Positions 11,215 through 23,780 of a stretch of 64,000 nt of DNA are shown here, one piece after another. Below the pieces are notes generated by a model. The model worked only from the letters and a program-made list of their open reading frames with translations, ran no database searches and was not told the origin of the DNA. Position 1 is the first letter of the stretch. Each line of letters opens with the position of its first letter. The stretch is from assembly GCF_963921235.1 (NCBI RefSeq), contig NC_086097.1:83514001-83578000 (forward strand), in the 5' to 3' direction. Source of the stretch: Mobula hypostoma (taxonomy: Eukaryota). The translations under genes were made by a program, and so were the position numbers.

Positions 11215-12930
11215 CCGAATAAAGGTATGTCCTTTAGGACTGAGATGAGAAGGAATTTCTTCAGCCAGAAGGTGGTGAACCTATGCAATTTGCTGCTAAA
11301 GAGGCCCGTGGAAGCCGTTGTTGTTATATTTAAGGCAAAGATTGGTAGGTTCTTGACGTGCAAGGGAGTTAGGTATTACTAAGAGAAGGCAGGAGAATGG
11401 GATTGAGAAAAAGAAATAGCTATGGTTGAATGGCAGACCAGACTGAATGGGCTAATTCTGGTCCTATATCTTGTGAGCATTTTGGGAATACACTTTGTGG
11501 ACCTTTAATCTCATTTTCATCCCAGCTCGTCAACCTAATATCTCCTTTTAATTCCCAACGTTGAGTTGTATCCAGTGGTATGAGTAGTTAATTGTATCAA
11601 AATCAATTTCTTAATTGGATTTATGCCAGTACTTTGGTTTCTATGAGCCACACTATCTGATTCATACTATGCTGTTAAGTATCTGTCCATTGGAGAATCT
11701 GGAATTCATTACCACAAACGGCTGTGGAGGCCTAGTCATTGGATATATTTAAAGTGGAGGCTGAGTATTGAGAGCTTCAAAGGTAACAGGGAGAAGGTAA
11801 GAGACTGGAGTTGAGGGGGTAATTAAATTAGCCTTAATCATCTGGCAGAGCATGAATGGCCTAATTCTGTTCCTGTGTCGTGTGGTGTTATGTCTGAGAT
11901 CTTCCCAAGACTAGTTCTTGAATTTCAATAACTTGCTGATTGCATTAATGATCCAGAGAGAAAAGCAGAGTGTAAGGTATCAATTGTTGCCGATAACACC
12001 AGAAATAGATGAGAGGTTGTGTTGTAGTGAAGATTTTTGCATTCTGCCACAAAATAACAAGTGGGTGAACACAGCAGAAGTGGAGGTTGCGGGTTCAATT
12101 TCAGTATTTATGAGAAATTCGGATAAGTACATGGATGGGAGGGGTGTGGAGGGCTCTGGTCGATGGGCTGTACAGAATGATACTAGATGGCCTGAAAGGC
12201 CTGCTCCTGTGCTGTAGTGCTCTGTGACTCTGTCTCAGAGACTGGAGTTTAATGTGGGGAAAGTCTGAGGTTACTCACTTCAGTAAGAGGAATCAAAGGG
12301 TAGACCACCATCCAAATGGAGAGAAATTGCAAATGAGTGAAATGCAAAGGAATCGAGATGTTCTGTCTGAATCATAAGGATGATAGATACAGCAATTATT
12401 TAGGAAGGGAAATTTCGCATGCACCTTTATTACCGGAGGGTTGGAGTTTAGAAATGGGATTAGAGTTTACAAATGGGGAACTATTATAACAATGACACAG
12501 GGTGTTGGTGAGCTCATTAAGTACTCTACATAGTTTTATCCCCTTAAAAAAAGGATGTACTAGTACTCAAGCAATCTAAAACTAATTGAGCATCATGAAT
12601 TGTCGAAGAAATTAGGACCTAAGATCCAAAGAAGGCAGGAGAGGGTAGAAGTTTCCATGATTCAGAAAGCCTTTAATAAGGAGACACTATTAGAAGATAA
12701 GGGGACGTCATTCAAAACAAAGGTTTGTCATAATTTCTTACCACAGAGGATGCTAAATCTCTTGGAATTCTCTATTCCAGGAGGTCATAGAGACTAGAAA
12801 AGTCAGGGAATTCTGGGCTGTGGGGAACTTGTATAGAGGTTAAGGCTGAGCTATGGCCCTATTGAATGGTGGAACATGCTTAAGAGGCGTGGTGGCTTAC
12901 TCCTGCTCCTACTTCCTTGAGTTCTTAATT
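11215..12930 (+). mobile_element. Cluster of old CR1 LINE 3' fragments
   Basis: Repeated EMRRNFFSQ(K/R)VVNL-type segments and CR1 3' UTR (gaatggcctaattctg..cct), homologous to 35623-35889. Confidence 0.65.
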
Positions 12931-13555
12931 GTAAAATTATTGAGCATTTCCAGTGTAAATTCCCTGAATTGTACTTGTGATGGCCCAGCATCATGCCAGT
13001 CTCAAGTGTGGATCAATCTTTGGCTTTTAAGTATAATGTTATAACACAGACTCAGGAAATTAGGATTGTCCCTCTATGTCTCCGACATCAGGTTATCAAA
13101 AGCAATTCTTTTAAAATAGTCTTGTATGAGGACACAATGTTTTCCAAGAAGGCAATAGTTACATCCACTGCATCTTCCCTGACTTTATCTTCAAATCAGC
13201 ATCAAGCAGTCCAATAAATTATCATTGCATGACCCTGTATTAGTTCTAAGTTTTTCCTGCATTTTGTACCATTCTTAGAGCCACACATCACAGAACCAGG
13301 CCTTTCAGCCCAGCATGTCTATGTGAGCTATAAAGTACTCATCCCATTTACCAACACGTGCTTTTAGCCCACTTTGCAAAGTGCTCATCCAAATATTGTG
13401 GCGTGGGGAAAAAATTCTGAGTAACTATCTATGCTTCTCAAATTTATAAGCTCTATCAGATGCCCTCACAACCTTCACTGCTCCAAGGAAAGCTAGCCTT
13501 TCTAGTGTATGGATTGAAAATACCAGCATTAGTTTACCCACTATTTAGTCTTTAT

Positions 13556-14230
13556 GGTTCAAAGTTCAAAGTAAAAATTTATTATCAAAGTATATATGCC
13601 ATCAAATACTACCCTGAGATTCATTTTTGCAAGAATCTTTGTAGAACAAAGAAGTACAATAGAATAAATGGAAAACTATACATAAAGACTGGCAAATTGT
13701 GCAAATACAAAAAGAAACAAGTAATAAAAATAAGTAAGTAAATAAATAAATAGATTGCAAACTGAGAGCATGAGTCATGGAGCCCTTGAAAGTGAGCCCA
13801 AAAGTTCAATGATCAGTTCAGTTATGGTGAGTGAAGATGTCCACATTGGTTCAGGAGCTCAATGGTTGAAGGATAATAACTGTTCCTGAACCTGTTGGTA
13901 TAGGACCTAAGGCTCCTGTAACATACTGATGGTAGCAGCGAGAAGGGAGCATGGTCTGGATGGTGGGGGTCCTTGATGACGGATGCTGCTTTCTTGTGGC
14001 ACCGCTCCTTGTAGATGCGCTCAATGGAGGGAGGGATTTTCCTATGCTGAATGGGTCTGTAACCACCATTTTTGTAGGCTTTTCCAATGTGTTGCCATAC
14101 CAGACTGTAATGCATCCAGTTAGGATACACTCCAGTGATTAAAATTACTGACCCTCTCCACATCCAACCCCTAATGAGCACTGGCTCATAGATGCTCAAT
14201 TTCTTTCGCCTGTAGTCAATAATCCACTTT
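13556..14230 (-). mobile_element. Rex1/Babar-like LINE 3' end
   Basis: 13822-14256(-) IIDYRRKK...KKAASVIKDPHHPDHAPFSLLPS...RFRNSYYP; tail ggttcaaagttcaaagt at the left end. Confidence 0.75.
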
Positions 14231-14787
14231 TTGGTTAGGTTGGGTAAGCTTAGCATCCTTATTTCGATATACCCCAGGACAGCATCTTATTTCTTTGTGG
14301 TTCTGCTCCTTATTACCACCTCACATGTAGGATCTAATTTTCACTGTTACTTAGTTATCTTGACTGTTACTTGAGTTATCTGTCGCTCCTGACTTATCAC
14401 CAGTCTGTGACATAACGCACAGATATGTAATATCATACCACTTTATCACATTAACTTATATTACAGCGAATGATCCTCCTTCAGATACATATCTCTTGGG
14501 GCTTCCTTCAGGTATTATTTCATTTAATAAATAAAATTGTCACATCTGACTGATAATGAATGGTGTGTGTTGTAGTGCATGACTTTGACATGTCATCTTT
14601 GAAAGTTACTTTCTGCCTTTCTTGTAAGTGGGAAAGTTTGACGTAGGATTAAAATATTAGTCACTTATTGAACAATGTAGATTGCACCATTGTGAACACT
14701 TATGTATTTTTCTGGACTAGATTGTATGTATACCAAGATTTATGTTATTTAGAGCAAGCTTCTATAATGGATTTTGAATTTTTGTAG

Positions 14788-15354
14788 GTGAAAGGCCCTG
14801 GTATTGGAGTAATAGGTTCTTCAAAAGGTGCGGATTTGGCTCTATCAATGATTACGTTTATACCAAAAGTGATGGCGTCTGTTTGTATCTCTGGCTGCAA
14901 TGCAAACACCTTAACTGATCTGTATTACAAAGATGTGTATCTCCCTTGTGTGACTCACAATTTAGATGAAATCATTCGTTTGGACTCAGGAGTTCTAGAT
15001 CTGTCTGGTACACTTAGTGACCCCAATGAAAATCAAAAGAGCATCATCCCATTAGAAAAAGCTGAAGGACACATCCTGTTTGTGGTAGGAGAAGATGACA
15101 AGATATTGAACAGCAAATTATTTGCTGAAGAAGCGATAAAAAGACTGAATACACATGGGAAAAATAACTACAAACTCCTTAGTTACCCAGGAACTGGGCA
15201 TCATATTGAACCTCCATGTTCTCCATATTGTTTTGCTGTGATTGACCGCTTCCTTGGGCATCCAGTACTGTCAGGAGGAGAACCAATAAAGCACTGCTAC
15301 GCCCAAGAGGATTCCTGGCGAAAGATTCAAGAGTTCTTGCGTTTACATTTATGA
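14788..15354 (+). CDS. Type-I acyl-CoA thioesterase, coding exon 3 (catalytic alpha/beta-hydrolase domain), stop TGA 15352-15354
   Basis: Acceptor ttttgtag|GTG; nucleophile elbow GVIGSSKG, catalytic Asp in VGEDD, catalytic His in YPGTGHHIEPP; spliced CDS 565+203+567=1335 nt = 444 aa. Confidence 0.95.
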   Translation: MKGPGIGVIGSSKGADLALSMITFIPKVMASVCISGCNANTLTDLYYKDVYLPCVTHNLDEIIRLDSGVLDLSGTLSDPNENQKSIIPLEKAEGHILFVVGEDDKILNSKLFAEEAIKRLNTHGKNNYKLLSYPGTGHHIEPPCSPYCFAVIDRFLGHPVLSGGEPIKHCYAQEDSWRKIQEFLRLHL

Positions 15355-17754
15355 TGAAATGAGCTACAGGTTTAAGAAGATCCTTTTTATGAACTTTAAG
15401 TGTTACTAATCTAAGAAATTCTTCAATATTTCATGCAAAAAAAACTGTACAGAGTGCAATCCAAGAACATCTGAAATTCTTACTCTGAGCTACTAATTAC
15501 ATTACTGTTGGAATTTTTTTTTGTTCAAAAGTACTTCATTAAGCGTTCTGTTAAAGCAGTACTGTCAATAAGTATTTCATCAACATCATCCAGTATTGTA
15601 GAGATTAAATTCACCTTTGCACGAAGACTTGAAAGCTGTTGATTGTAGTTGTTTGTTGCATTTTATCTTCATGGTGACAAATTTAGTTTTATTTCACCAC
15701 AATTGAACTTTTCTTCCCTTGCTTCTAAAGATTGTAACACAGGTTAGGTATAAAGTGATAATTCCAAAATTAATTATCATTTTATGCAACTCCAAACTTT
15801 GTTTATCGAATCCTGCCTGTACTTTTTTTCTCTCTCTCTCTCACTTACCCTGTCCATTTGATAGTATTTTGGGGACAAATACTCTCTGGGTGGAATTTAC
15901 CTCTGGAATCTTGTTTTGGCCATATATACATCTAGGCAACGTTGTTTACAGCCTAGATAGCTGGACAGATAACAGGTACCCGCACTATGGTTATTTCTGC
16001 TTGCTCTTCTTTCTTGAGCCCATACACTGTCAAGGTCCTTTGTATGTTTCCATTTTGCTTTTGGACACCTATAAACATGAAAGTCAATTACCTAGTGTAG
16101 CAATTTTTTTTCCTCTCAAGTGAATTGAAACTAACAGCAAATCAAACCTTTTTGTTCAATTGGAGTTCTCAACTATAGTTAATGTAGCCTTTGAACATGT
16201 GTTCATTTTCTAGGGTGCATTAATCAATAGGCAGTATTAGTGGAGTGGCTGACTCTCAGAGTTCTTTGTGTTAGTCACTTGGTGCTTGTGAGTGAGACAA
16301 AGTAATGGTGCATACAAAAGCAAAGATAACGTTGAATGAATAAATTTAAATATACTGTATAAGAGATAACCAGAATTGTACCAGTGATGACTTCAGTTCA
16401 CTAATGTTGCCAGAATTATTTTAATGTGAAAATTGGATTTTCTTGTATTGTTTTCATATGGAATATGTGTAATTAAAACATGCACCTGTTTTGATTGGAT
16501 AATTCAGTTGTCAGTAGGCATTTTTTTTATTAAAAGCTTTTCCTTGTTGAGGGGAGGGAAGGTGTGGAACTGTTGGTGGTGAGTGTTGAATGAAAAATGG
16601 AAATTTGTACCCCACTTCCAAGCAATCGAAAAGGCATCTTTATCGCAGGAGAAACAATTAAAGGAAGATTGTAATTGGCACTCTTAAAAACAAACTGCCA
16701 GCATTCAGTAAGCTTATCTAATGATTGGTTGTGAGTGACTTCCTAAACTGCTAATACATTTTGATGTGAAAAGAGATTCTATATACATGTTGATAATGGG
16801 AGTACTTCATGTTTTAAAACTCTTACATTCTGTGCTTCCTTGTTGCAAAACATATTACAATTGTAACACATTTCTTGGTTGTCACTATAATATTGGTCAC
16901 ATTTTTAATGGGCATTGCATATATAAGGATTGACAGTGTTGCTTCACGACATTATAATTACTTGTTATGACACGGGAGAATATTCAACTCACTGGTTCCA
17001 TGGTGACTTCTGGTAGTTTGAACCTGTCAGACCCATTTTTTTTATTTCCCCATACTCTCCATTTGTGGTGCCCATCAACTCCCCTTTGCATCATTTACAG
17101 TTGCTGATTAATCTGCATCACTTGAGAGGTGGGATGGAACTTGGGGGCATGGTGGTGGTAAGTGGAATACACCTAGCCAAAGGAAGAACATGTACATTTC
17201 ATGCAGATGTTAACTGAGGCCAGGTTCAAATCCAGGTTCTTAGAGCTGTGCAGTGACACGTTAAATGTTGTGACACTTCTGAATTTCTCGACATATAGTA
17301 CATAGTGGGAAAGCACCTAAATGCCACTTTTTTCTGAAAAGTAGGGTTCAGATAGTGATCTTTCAAGATTGTACAAGTTTTATCAATGTCCTATTGAACA
17401 TTGGGTAGTACATCTTAAATCCTACATGGATTGTTTAGAATCATAGAGAAACACAGCAGAAATACAGGTCCTTCAGCCCAAAAAGTCCACTCCAACCACA
17501 ATGCCCACCTATTTCATCCCAATGTCCTGTGTTTGGCCCCCCAAGTGGGAAGGCGGTATTGTTTTCTTCCATTGTTGTTGTTCATGTGACAGTTCTTCCA
17601 ATGATACAAACATTAAAAAGGATATTCAGTCTTCTTCGCAGCATCCCAGTGTATTCTTAATGCTCTTAGTTGCTTTGAGTCACCTCATTGGATCTAATGT
17701 CAAGTAGAATTTTTACCTTGACCAACTGCACTAAACTGAACAAGGTAAAAATCC

Positions 17755-17940
17755 TGCCGCTGCCTGTAATGAGTTTGTACGCGCTCTCCGTGACAGCGTG
17801 TGTTTCCTCTGGGTGTTCCACTTTCCTCCCACAGTCCAAAGACCTACCTGTTGGTAGGTTAATAGATCTTTGTAAATTGTCCCATGATTAGGTTCAGATT
17901 AACTCAGACTTGAAGGGCCTATTCTGTGCTGTATTTCAAT
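17755..17940 (+). mobile_element. V-SINE core (HE1-like elasmobranch SINE); more decayed copies on - at about 17090-17270, 21915-21990 and 37400-37780
   Basis: gagtttgtacgcgctctccgtgacagcgtgtgtttcctctgggtgttccactttcctcccacagtccaaagac resembles the V-domain consensus. Confidence 0.7.
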
Positions 17941-18021
17941 ATGGTTCTCTGGAGTATTCTTGCTAGCCTATTTAAACAATGGAACAACCTTTGGGAACTT
18001 CACCACTAGCTAACAACAAAA

Positions 18022-19100
18022 TAAAGTTCAAATTCATTATCAAAGTATATATATCTGTCACAATATACTACCCTGAGATTTGTTTTCTCACAGGCATTCA
18101 CAGTGCAGTAAGATACAATAGAATCAATGAAAAAAACGCACACAGCAAAGACAAATAACCAATGTGCAAAAGACAAACTGCAAAGAGAAAGAGAACAAAA
18201 AAATAATAATAGTAAATAAATAAGCAATAAATATTGAGAACATGAGTTGTTAAGTCTTTGAAAGTGAGTTTATAAGTTGTGGAATCAGTTCTCTGTTGGG
18301 TTGAGTGAAGTTATCCACTCTGGTTCAAGAGCCAGATGGTTGAGGAGAAATAACTGTTCCTGAACCTGGCAGTGTGGGACATGAGGCTCCTGCAATTCTT
18401 TCCTGACGGTAGCAGCAAGAGGAGAGCATAGCCGGATGATGGATGCTACTTTCCAGCAACAGCGCTCCTTGCAGATGTGCTCAATGGTGGGGAGGGCTTT
18501 ACCTGTGATGGACTGGGCTGTATCCACCATTTCTTTTAGGTTTTTCCATTCAATGGCTGTGTTTCCATACCAGGCCGTGATGCAATCAGTCAACGTTTTA
18601 GATGACATGCCAAATCTTCACAAACTTCTAAGAAAATAGAGATGTTGCTGTGCTTTCTTTGTAATGTCACTTATGTGCTGGACCCAGATCAGATCCTCTG
18701 AAAGGATGAGGCTGAGGAATTTAAAATAGTTGACCCTCTCCACCTCTGAGGACACTGGTTTCCTCCTCCTGTAGTCAATAATCAGCTCTCTGGTTTTGCT
18801 AACATTGAGTGAGAGTACCAAGTCAGTCTTCCAGCAGGAGATGATATGCTCCATCACCAATATCTCCAAGCACTTCACCACTGTGGATGTAAGTGCGACT
18901 GAATGATAGATATTGAGGCAGGTTACCACATTCTTCTTAGACACTGATATCACTGAAGTCTGCTTGAAGCAGTGGCTACTACAGACTGCAGAAGAGAGAG
19001 GTTAAAGATATCAGTGAACACTCCAGCCAGCTGATTAGCACAGGTTTTCAGTAGTGAGGACAGTTACCCTGTTTGGGCCAGATGCTTTCCATGGGTTTGG
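18022..19100 (-). mobile_element. Rex1/Babar-like LINE, internally deleted 3' part
   Basis: 18618-18953(-) VALTSTVVKCLE...LSLNVSKTRELIIDYRR...KKAQQHLYFLRSL; 18285-18608(-) CITAWYGN. Confidence 0.8.
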
Positions 19101-20124
19101 TGAGAGCAAATATATCCGCATGGGCATCCACAATTTCTTCTCTAGCCCTCACAAAATCTGAGATTACCTTGGTCCGGCCCTGATGAGTTATCGACTCTAA
19201 TGTGCTTTTAGACTGCAAATCTCTCCACCCTGGTATTATGCATGTTCTCTGAAACATCTCCACTCGTTCCCCTTATCTCTTGAGCAACCATGATTTTTCT
19301 CATTATACCCTGCTGATATCTAAAGAGATATACTCTCTCCCTAGCCACCCTTTTAATATGGCTATAATAACCTTGCCTGCCAGATCCACCTCATGCCCTC
19401 TCTTTACTTGCAGTTCCCGCTGTTCTGCCGCCAGTGTAAAGAGGGTCTGAGTAGTGTGAGATGTCTAGAAGTCAATGACCATCTCCATGGTCTTGCTGAT
19501 ATTGAGGAAGAGGGTATTTTCCTGGCACCAGGCCTCGAGTTCTTCTACCTCCTCTCTGTAGGCTATCTCATTATTGTTGGTGATGGGCCCCACCACTAAT
19601 GTCATCAGCAAACTTGACAATGTGTGTCGATTTTGCTGGCTAGGACCACAATTATTACTCAAGCTAACTCAGCTGTATAATACTCATCTTTTTCACTGAC
19701 CACTGCTAGATCATTAACCAACAATTTTTGACAATTGAGTGTACAATCTTCAATATCTGCCCCCACCCTGTGGTGTTACAGCCTAGACACTGAGATCTAC
19801 CTGTCTTTTTGAAGCACTAAACCATTGTTTGATTTAGTAGTAATGCTGATTTAGGACATTACAAAACTGTGAAATAGGTTAGAAAAGATGTTGCGTGCAC
19901 CACTCGGGCAGTCTACAATAAAATAGCTTCCTGCTAAAGCACATAATATGGATTACAGCTTCTGAAAATTTGCTGTGCAGCAAACTGTTAAGGGCTCCAG
20001 CCCTTAAAGACATAGTCAATATGTCAGCATGATAGTAGGATACAGAGGAGAGAAAATGATTGAGTCACTTCTCTTCTGTGAGATAACTGCTAGCTCAATA
20101 TATATAATGTTAAGTACTGGGTGT

Positions 20125-20638
20125 ACCACTGAGTGTATGTTCATGGTCTGCTGCTGCTCCACCACATCCACTTAGATGTGTTGTGCATTCAACTATGCCC
20201 TTCTGCACACCCCTGTTGTAACGTGGTTATTTGAACTACTATCACCTTCCTGTCAGCTTGAACGTGTCTGGCCATTCTCCTCTGACCTCGCTCATTAACA
20301 AGGCCCACAGAATTGCTGCTCACTGTAAGTTTTTTGGGTTTCCACACCATTTCTTGTAAACTCTAGAGATTTTTTTGTGTGTAAAAAATCCGAGGAGATC
20401 TGCAGATACTGAGATATTCAAACCACCCAGTCTGACACCAACAATCATTCCAGGGTCATAGTCACTTCAACCACATTGCATCCCCATTCTGATGTTTTGT
20501 CTCAACAAAAAATGAACCTCTTGACCATGTTTGCATGCTTTCATGCACTGAGTTGCTGCCACTTGATTGACTGATTAAATATTAAATTAAATACCAACAG
20601 GTTTACATGTGTACCTAATGAAGCACCCACTGAGTGTA
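20125..20638 (-). mobile_element. Tc1-derived non-autonomous element
   Basis: ccactgagtgta at about 20127 and 20627; internal sequence is a deleted Tc1 transposase; same family as 3245-3465. Confidence 0.65.
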
Positions 20639-20806
20639 GGAAATACTTGATGGCTAATAACAATCTGCAGGAGGCTCTCAGCCAGTCCAGCCCAGCAGTA
20701 TCTGTAGGGGATGTCAACGTTTCAGTTCAAATTCCTGCAACAGGACTTCATGGGTTTAAAGATACAACTTCAGCAGCACTGAAATACTGTTAATGGAATG
20801 CATCAA

Positions 20807-20812
20807 TTTAAT
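20807..20812 (-). other. Candidate polyadenylation signal (ATTAAA) for TMEM187
   Basis: tttaat on + about 100 nt downstream of the TMEM187 stop; position only, no transcript evidence. Confidence 0.35.
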
Positions 20813-20911
20813 GGCACAATGAAGGTAAAGAGAGACACGCACCCATTCCATTTGTATTTTTGTTTATATTTTTATGAAAAACGTTTTGTTTTATAATTAA
20901 AAGGTACACTG

Positions 20912-21709
20912 CTACTTGAGCTTCAGAATTTTCCGCCCCGCCAGGTGCTGCAGGAAACAGAGGCTATAGTGGATCTGCAACAGATCGCAGAGTTTGGACC
21001 AGAAATGTCCAGACAACGGCCCAGATAGGAGGCCGAGCCCCGGGTCGAGGCCCGCCAGCGGCAGGTCCAGTAGTTTCAGACCCACAAAGCCGAAGCAGGA
21101 AGCCACAGCTAGCAGCAGGTACCGGTGGGAAACCGCGTCGCCCAGGCGACGCTGAGCCGCCAGCCCGGCCAGCACGGCAGTGGCGATATGACAGCCAAGG
21201 GCGATCTCGAAGCCGCGGCGGTGGACTAGCGCCAGACCGTAGCTAGCGATCGAAGCCGCCTCCACTGCCAGCGCGCTGGAGTGGCGACGGCTCTTCCCGT
21301 CCTCCTGCCCCGCCAGCAGGTACGCCGCCCACACCGACACCCAGGCAAAGATGGGCAGCGTGAGCCACTGGTCGAGCACGGCCGGGCGCTGGGACTGCGA
21401 AGCGATCCGGGCCCACTGCACCGGCCCGTAGGCCAGCACCATCCAGGCAAACGCGTCCTTGTGGTAGCTGTCGCCGCCTGCCGCCTGCCGCCACAGCCAG
21501 TGAGCCCCCAGCGCCACGTAGCCCAGGTTGACCAGCGAGTTGGCCGGCATAGCCAGACAGCGCGGCAGCCAGGCCAAGGGCCGCTCGGCGTAATGCTCGT
21601 AACCCAGCTCGGTCCACACGCCGTCCATGACGCCGCTGCAGGTGACGGCGATGCAGAGACCGAAGAGCAGCAGGACGTGCAGGAAGGCGCTCTGCTCCGG
21701 CGCCCACAT
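20912..21709 (-). CDS. TMEM187: Transmembrane protein 187, single coding exon, 265 aa
   Basis: Matches recalled TMEM187 motifs: GYEHYAE, LAMPxNSLVNxxY, KDxFA.M...YGPVQW, AVLDQWLTLPIFAW, SYGLAL.H..GFE.ALG.H, GHFWSK.CD.LQ.H. Confidence 0.93.
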   Translation of the reverse strand: MWAPEQSAFLHVLLLFGLCIAVTCSGVMDGVWTELGYEHYAERPLAWLPRCLAMPANSLVNLGYVALGAHWLWRQAAGGDSYHKDAFAWMVLAYGPVQWARIASQSQRPAVLDQWLTLPIFAWVSVWAAYLLAGQEDGKSRRHSSALAVEAASIASYGLALVHRRGFEIALGCHIATAVLAGLAAQRRLGDAVSHRYLLLAVASCFGFVGLKLLDLPLAGLDPGLGLLSGPLSGHFWSKLCDLLQIHYSLCFLQHLAGRKILKLK

Positions 21710-21850
21710 CTTTTAACTCTGCTTCCTTACAGCCTGGGCTTGGAGGCTGCGATCGGTGCTCAGTGTCGGTCTCTCGCCTCCTCACACCCGGAACAGCAAC
21801 TTCCTGCTGTCAGCTATGTCGGAATCTTGCCGAGGTGGCGAACTTTAGTT
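21710..21850 (-). promoter_or_regulatory. Probable TMEM187 promoter/5' UTR at the edge of a CpG island covering the whole CDS
   Basis: CpG-rich 20930-21850; ETS-like cores CCGGAA (about 21788) and ACTTCC (about 21799) just upstream of the ATG. Confidence 0.5.
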
Positions 21851-22309
21851 CCAGGCATGTACTTATTTGTTGATAGTTACAGCACGTCGCTGTCCAGCAA
21901 CCCCCGATTTAATCGTAGCCTAATCACGGAACAGTTTACAATGGCCAATTGCGTCTTTGGATTGTGGGAGGAAACAGAAGACACTGACCCGTAGCACAGG
22001 CAGCTTTTAAGCTCATGGAGTTGTACAGCGCAGAAACAAGCTCCTCTGGCCCCCTCCTCCATGCTGACCATCTGGAGACGCATGAGACTGCAAATATTGG
22101 AATCTGGAGCAAAACAAAAGACGAGATGCTGGAGGAACTCAGCAGGTCAGATAGCATCAATGGAAGGAAATGGACAGTCATCGTTTCAGGTCTACATACT
22201 GCATTTGGACTTCCAGATGAAGGGTCTACAGCCAAAACTTAGATGCGACTTGTTTTACTTTAACTCCAGATGCCTATCTACAGTGATCCCACTTGACCAC
22301 TTTTGGTCC

Positions 22310-23780
22310 TGTCATGGTCTGGTCTGTGAACTCCGCATTCCAGTTCACGGTCCAGTCCGTGGACTGCGGACTCCGGGTGTTCTGGCTGTCCCTTGTTTCA
22401 GTTGGGCTTAATCATAGGCACCTGATGCTCGTCTTGGGGCTGGGAATATAGGTGGCCCTGGGTTTGAGTGTGGTTGCTGGTTCCTCTGGTCAGTATCCTG
22501 TCCTCGCCTCCGTGGGGTAAGTCAGGCTGTCTTTGCCGTTACCCTGCGGGTGGATCCGTCCCTTCCTGTCCTTGCCTCCGTTGGGTAAGCCAGGCCATCT
22601 TTGCCATTACTCTGAGGCTGGACTTTTCCCTTCCCTTCCCCTTCCTTCTGAAGCCTTTACCTGTAACCTGTGTCTGGAGCCTTGCCTGTAACCTGTGTCT
22701 GGAGCCTTGCCTTTAACCTATGTCTGGAGCCTTGCCTGCAACCTTAACAAGTTCTACCACCGGAGCGAGACCGGAGCCTTTCTGTATCAAGGAACTGTCT
22801 ATCGTTGAGTTGGAACCGTCTCTGTCCACGCCTGCGCTAGGTAGGTCCGGCCATTTGCCGCTACCTAGTGTTGGAAACCGTCTTTGTGTCCAGGCCTTTG
22901 CTAGGTAGGTCCGGCCGTTTGCCGATACCTAGTGTTGGAAACTGTCTCGTTCTGTTCAGCATTCTGTGTAGAGCCCCAGCCCCAAGTCCTGTTCCCAAGG
23001 AGGGGTCCTGTCTCTGTGTTCCGGGTGCAAGTCCCAGCCCTAAGTCCTGTTCCCAAGGAGGGGTCCCGGCTCTGTATTCCATGTCCATGTGTTCCTGTCT
23101 CTCAAGTCCAAGGTTCTGTGTTCCCGTGCTCTAGACCAAGGCTCTGTGTTCTGTGTTCTGCGTTCCTGTCATCCCGAGTCCAAGGCTCAGCTGTTCCTGA
23201 GTACCAAGTCAAGGCTTTGTGTTCTCGTCCTGTCCATGTGCTTCGTCCTGTGCTGGAGTTCTTTCGTCCTGTACTGGAGTTCCCTCGTCCTGCCCAGGAG
23301 TCTCTCATTCTGTCCTGTAGCCTCGCCTAGTCCTGTCTCCCAAGACCACGTCATGTCTTCGTCTAGTTCCGGAGTCCAAGCCCGAGTCAAGACCCAGGTT
23401 CTTGGTCCTTGTCCAGTCTCTGGCTCGGGGTCCAAACCCAAACCTCGTCATGTCCTCGCCTCAAAGAACCCAAGCCTCATCATGTCCTCGCCTCGAAGAA
23501 CCCAAGCCATGTCCAGTTCTGTAGCCACGTCATGTCCTCGCCTAGTTCTGGGGTCCGAGCCCGAGTCAAGACCCAGGTTTTGGGTCCTCGTCCAGTCTCC
23601 GGCTCGGAGTCCAAGCCCAGGCTCCTAGTTCCCAGTTCCTTGTCCTGGTCCTGCTTGCCTAGCCAATGTCCTAGCCCAAGTCTGTGTTCTTGTCCCAGCT
23701 CTCTAGTCAAGTCCTGTTCCTAGTACTTCAGTGTCTGTGTCTTGCATTGGGGTCCGCTCCCAGAACCCCATGTTATGACA
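22310..23780 (+). mobile_element. Solo LTR-like element (1471 bp) with internal tandem repeat arrays, inserted into a PLE-derived short element
   Basis: Termini TGTCAT...ATGACA; 4-bp flanks GTCC/GACC; PLE-derived sequence on both sides (22065-22270 and 23785-23895); orientation tentative. Confidence 0.75.

Noticed and set aside
15719-16123. 134-aa ORF downstream of ACOT
   Set aside because: Non-ATG start, AT-rich probable 3' UTR, no motif.
19393-19465. Acceptor-like ctctctttacttgcag followed by FPLFCRQCKEG (CxxC), a possible orphan exon
   Set aside because: No convincing donor or partner exons, sandwiched between LINE fragments, and no recognisable protein.
20912-20935. TMEM187 C-terminus RKILKLK as a dilysine ER-retrieval signal
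   Set aside because: Lysines are at -1, -3 and -6, which fits neither KKxx nor KxKxx.
21226-21994. Long overlapping ORFs (237 aa on +, 180 aa on -) across TMEM187
   Set aside because: Shadow ORFs expected in a very GC-rich CDS; low-complexity Arg/Ala/Gly/Pro content with no motif.
22468-23723. Many Ser/Pro/Cys-rich ORFs; repeats superficially like a CRISPR or coding repeat array
   Set aside because: All lie inside the LTR-like element's tandem repeats; there is no constant repeat with unique spacers, and the context is eukaryotic.
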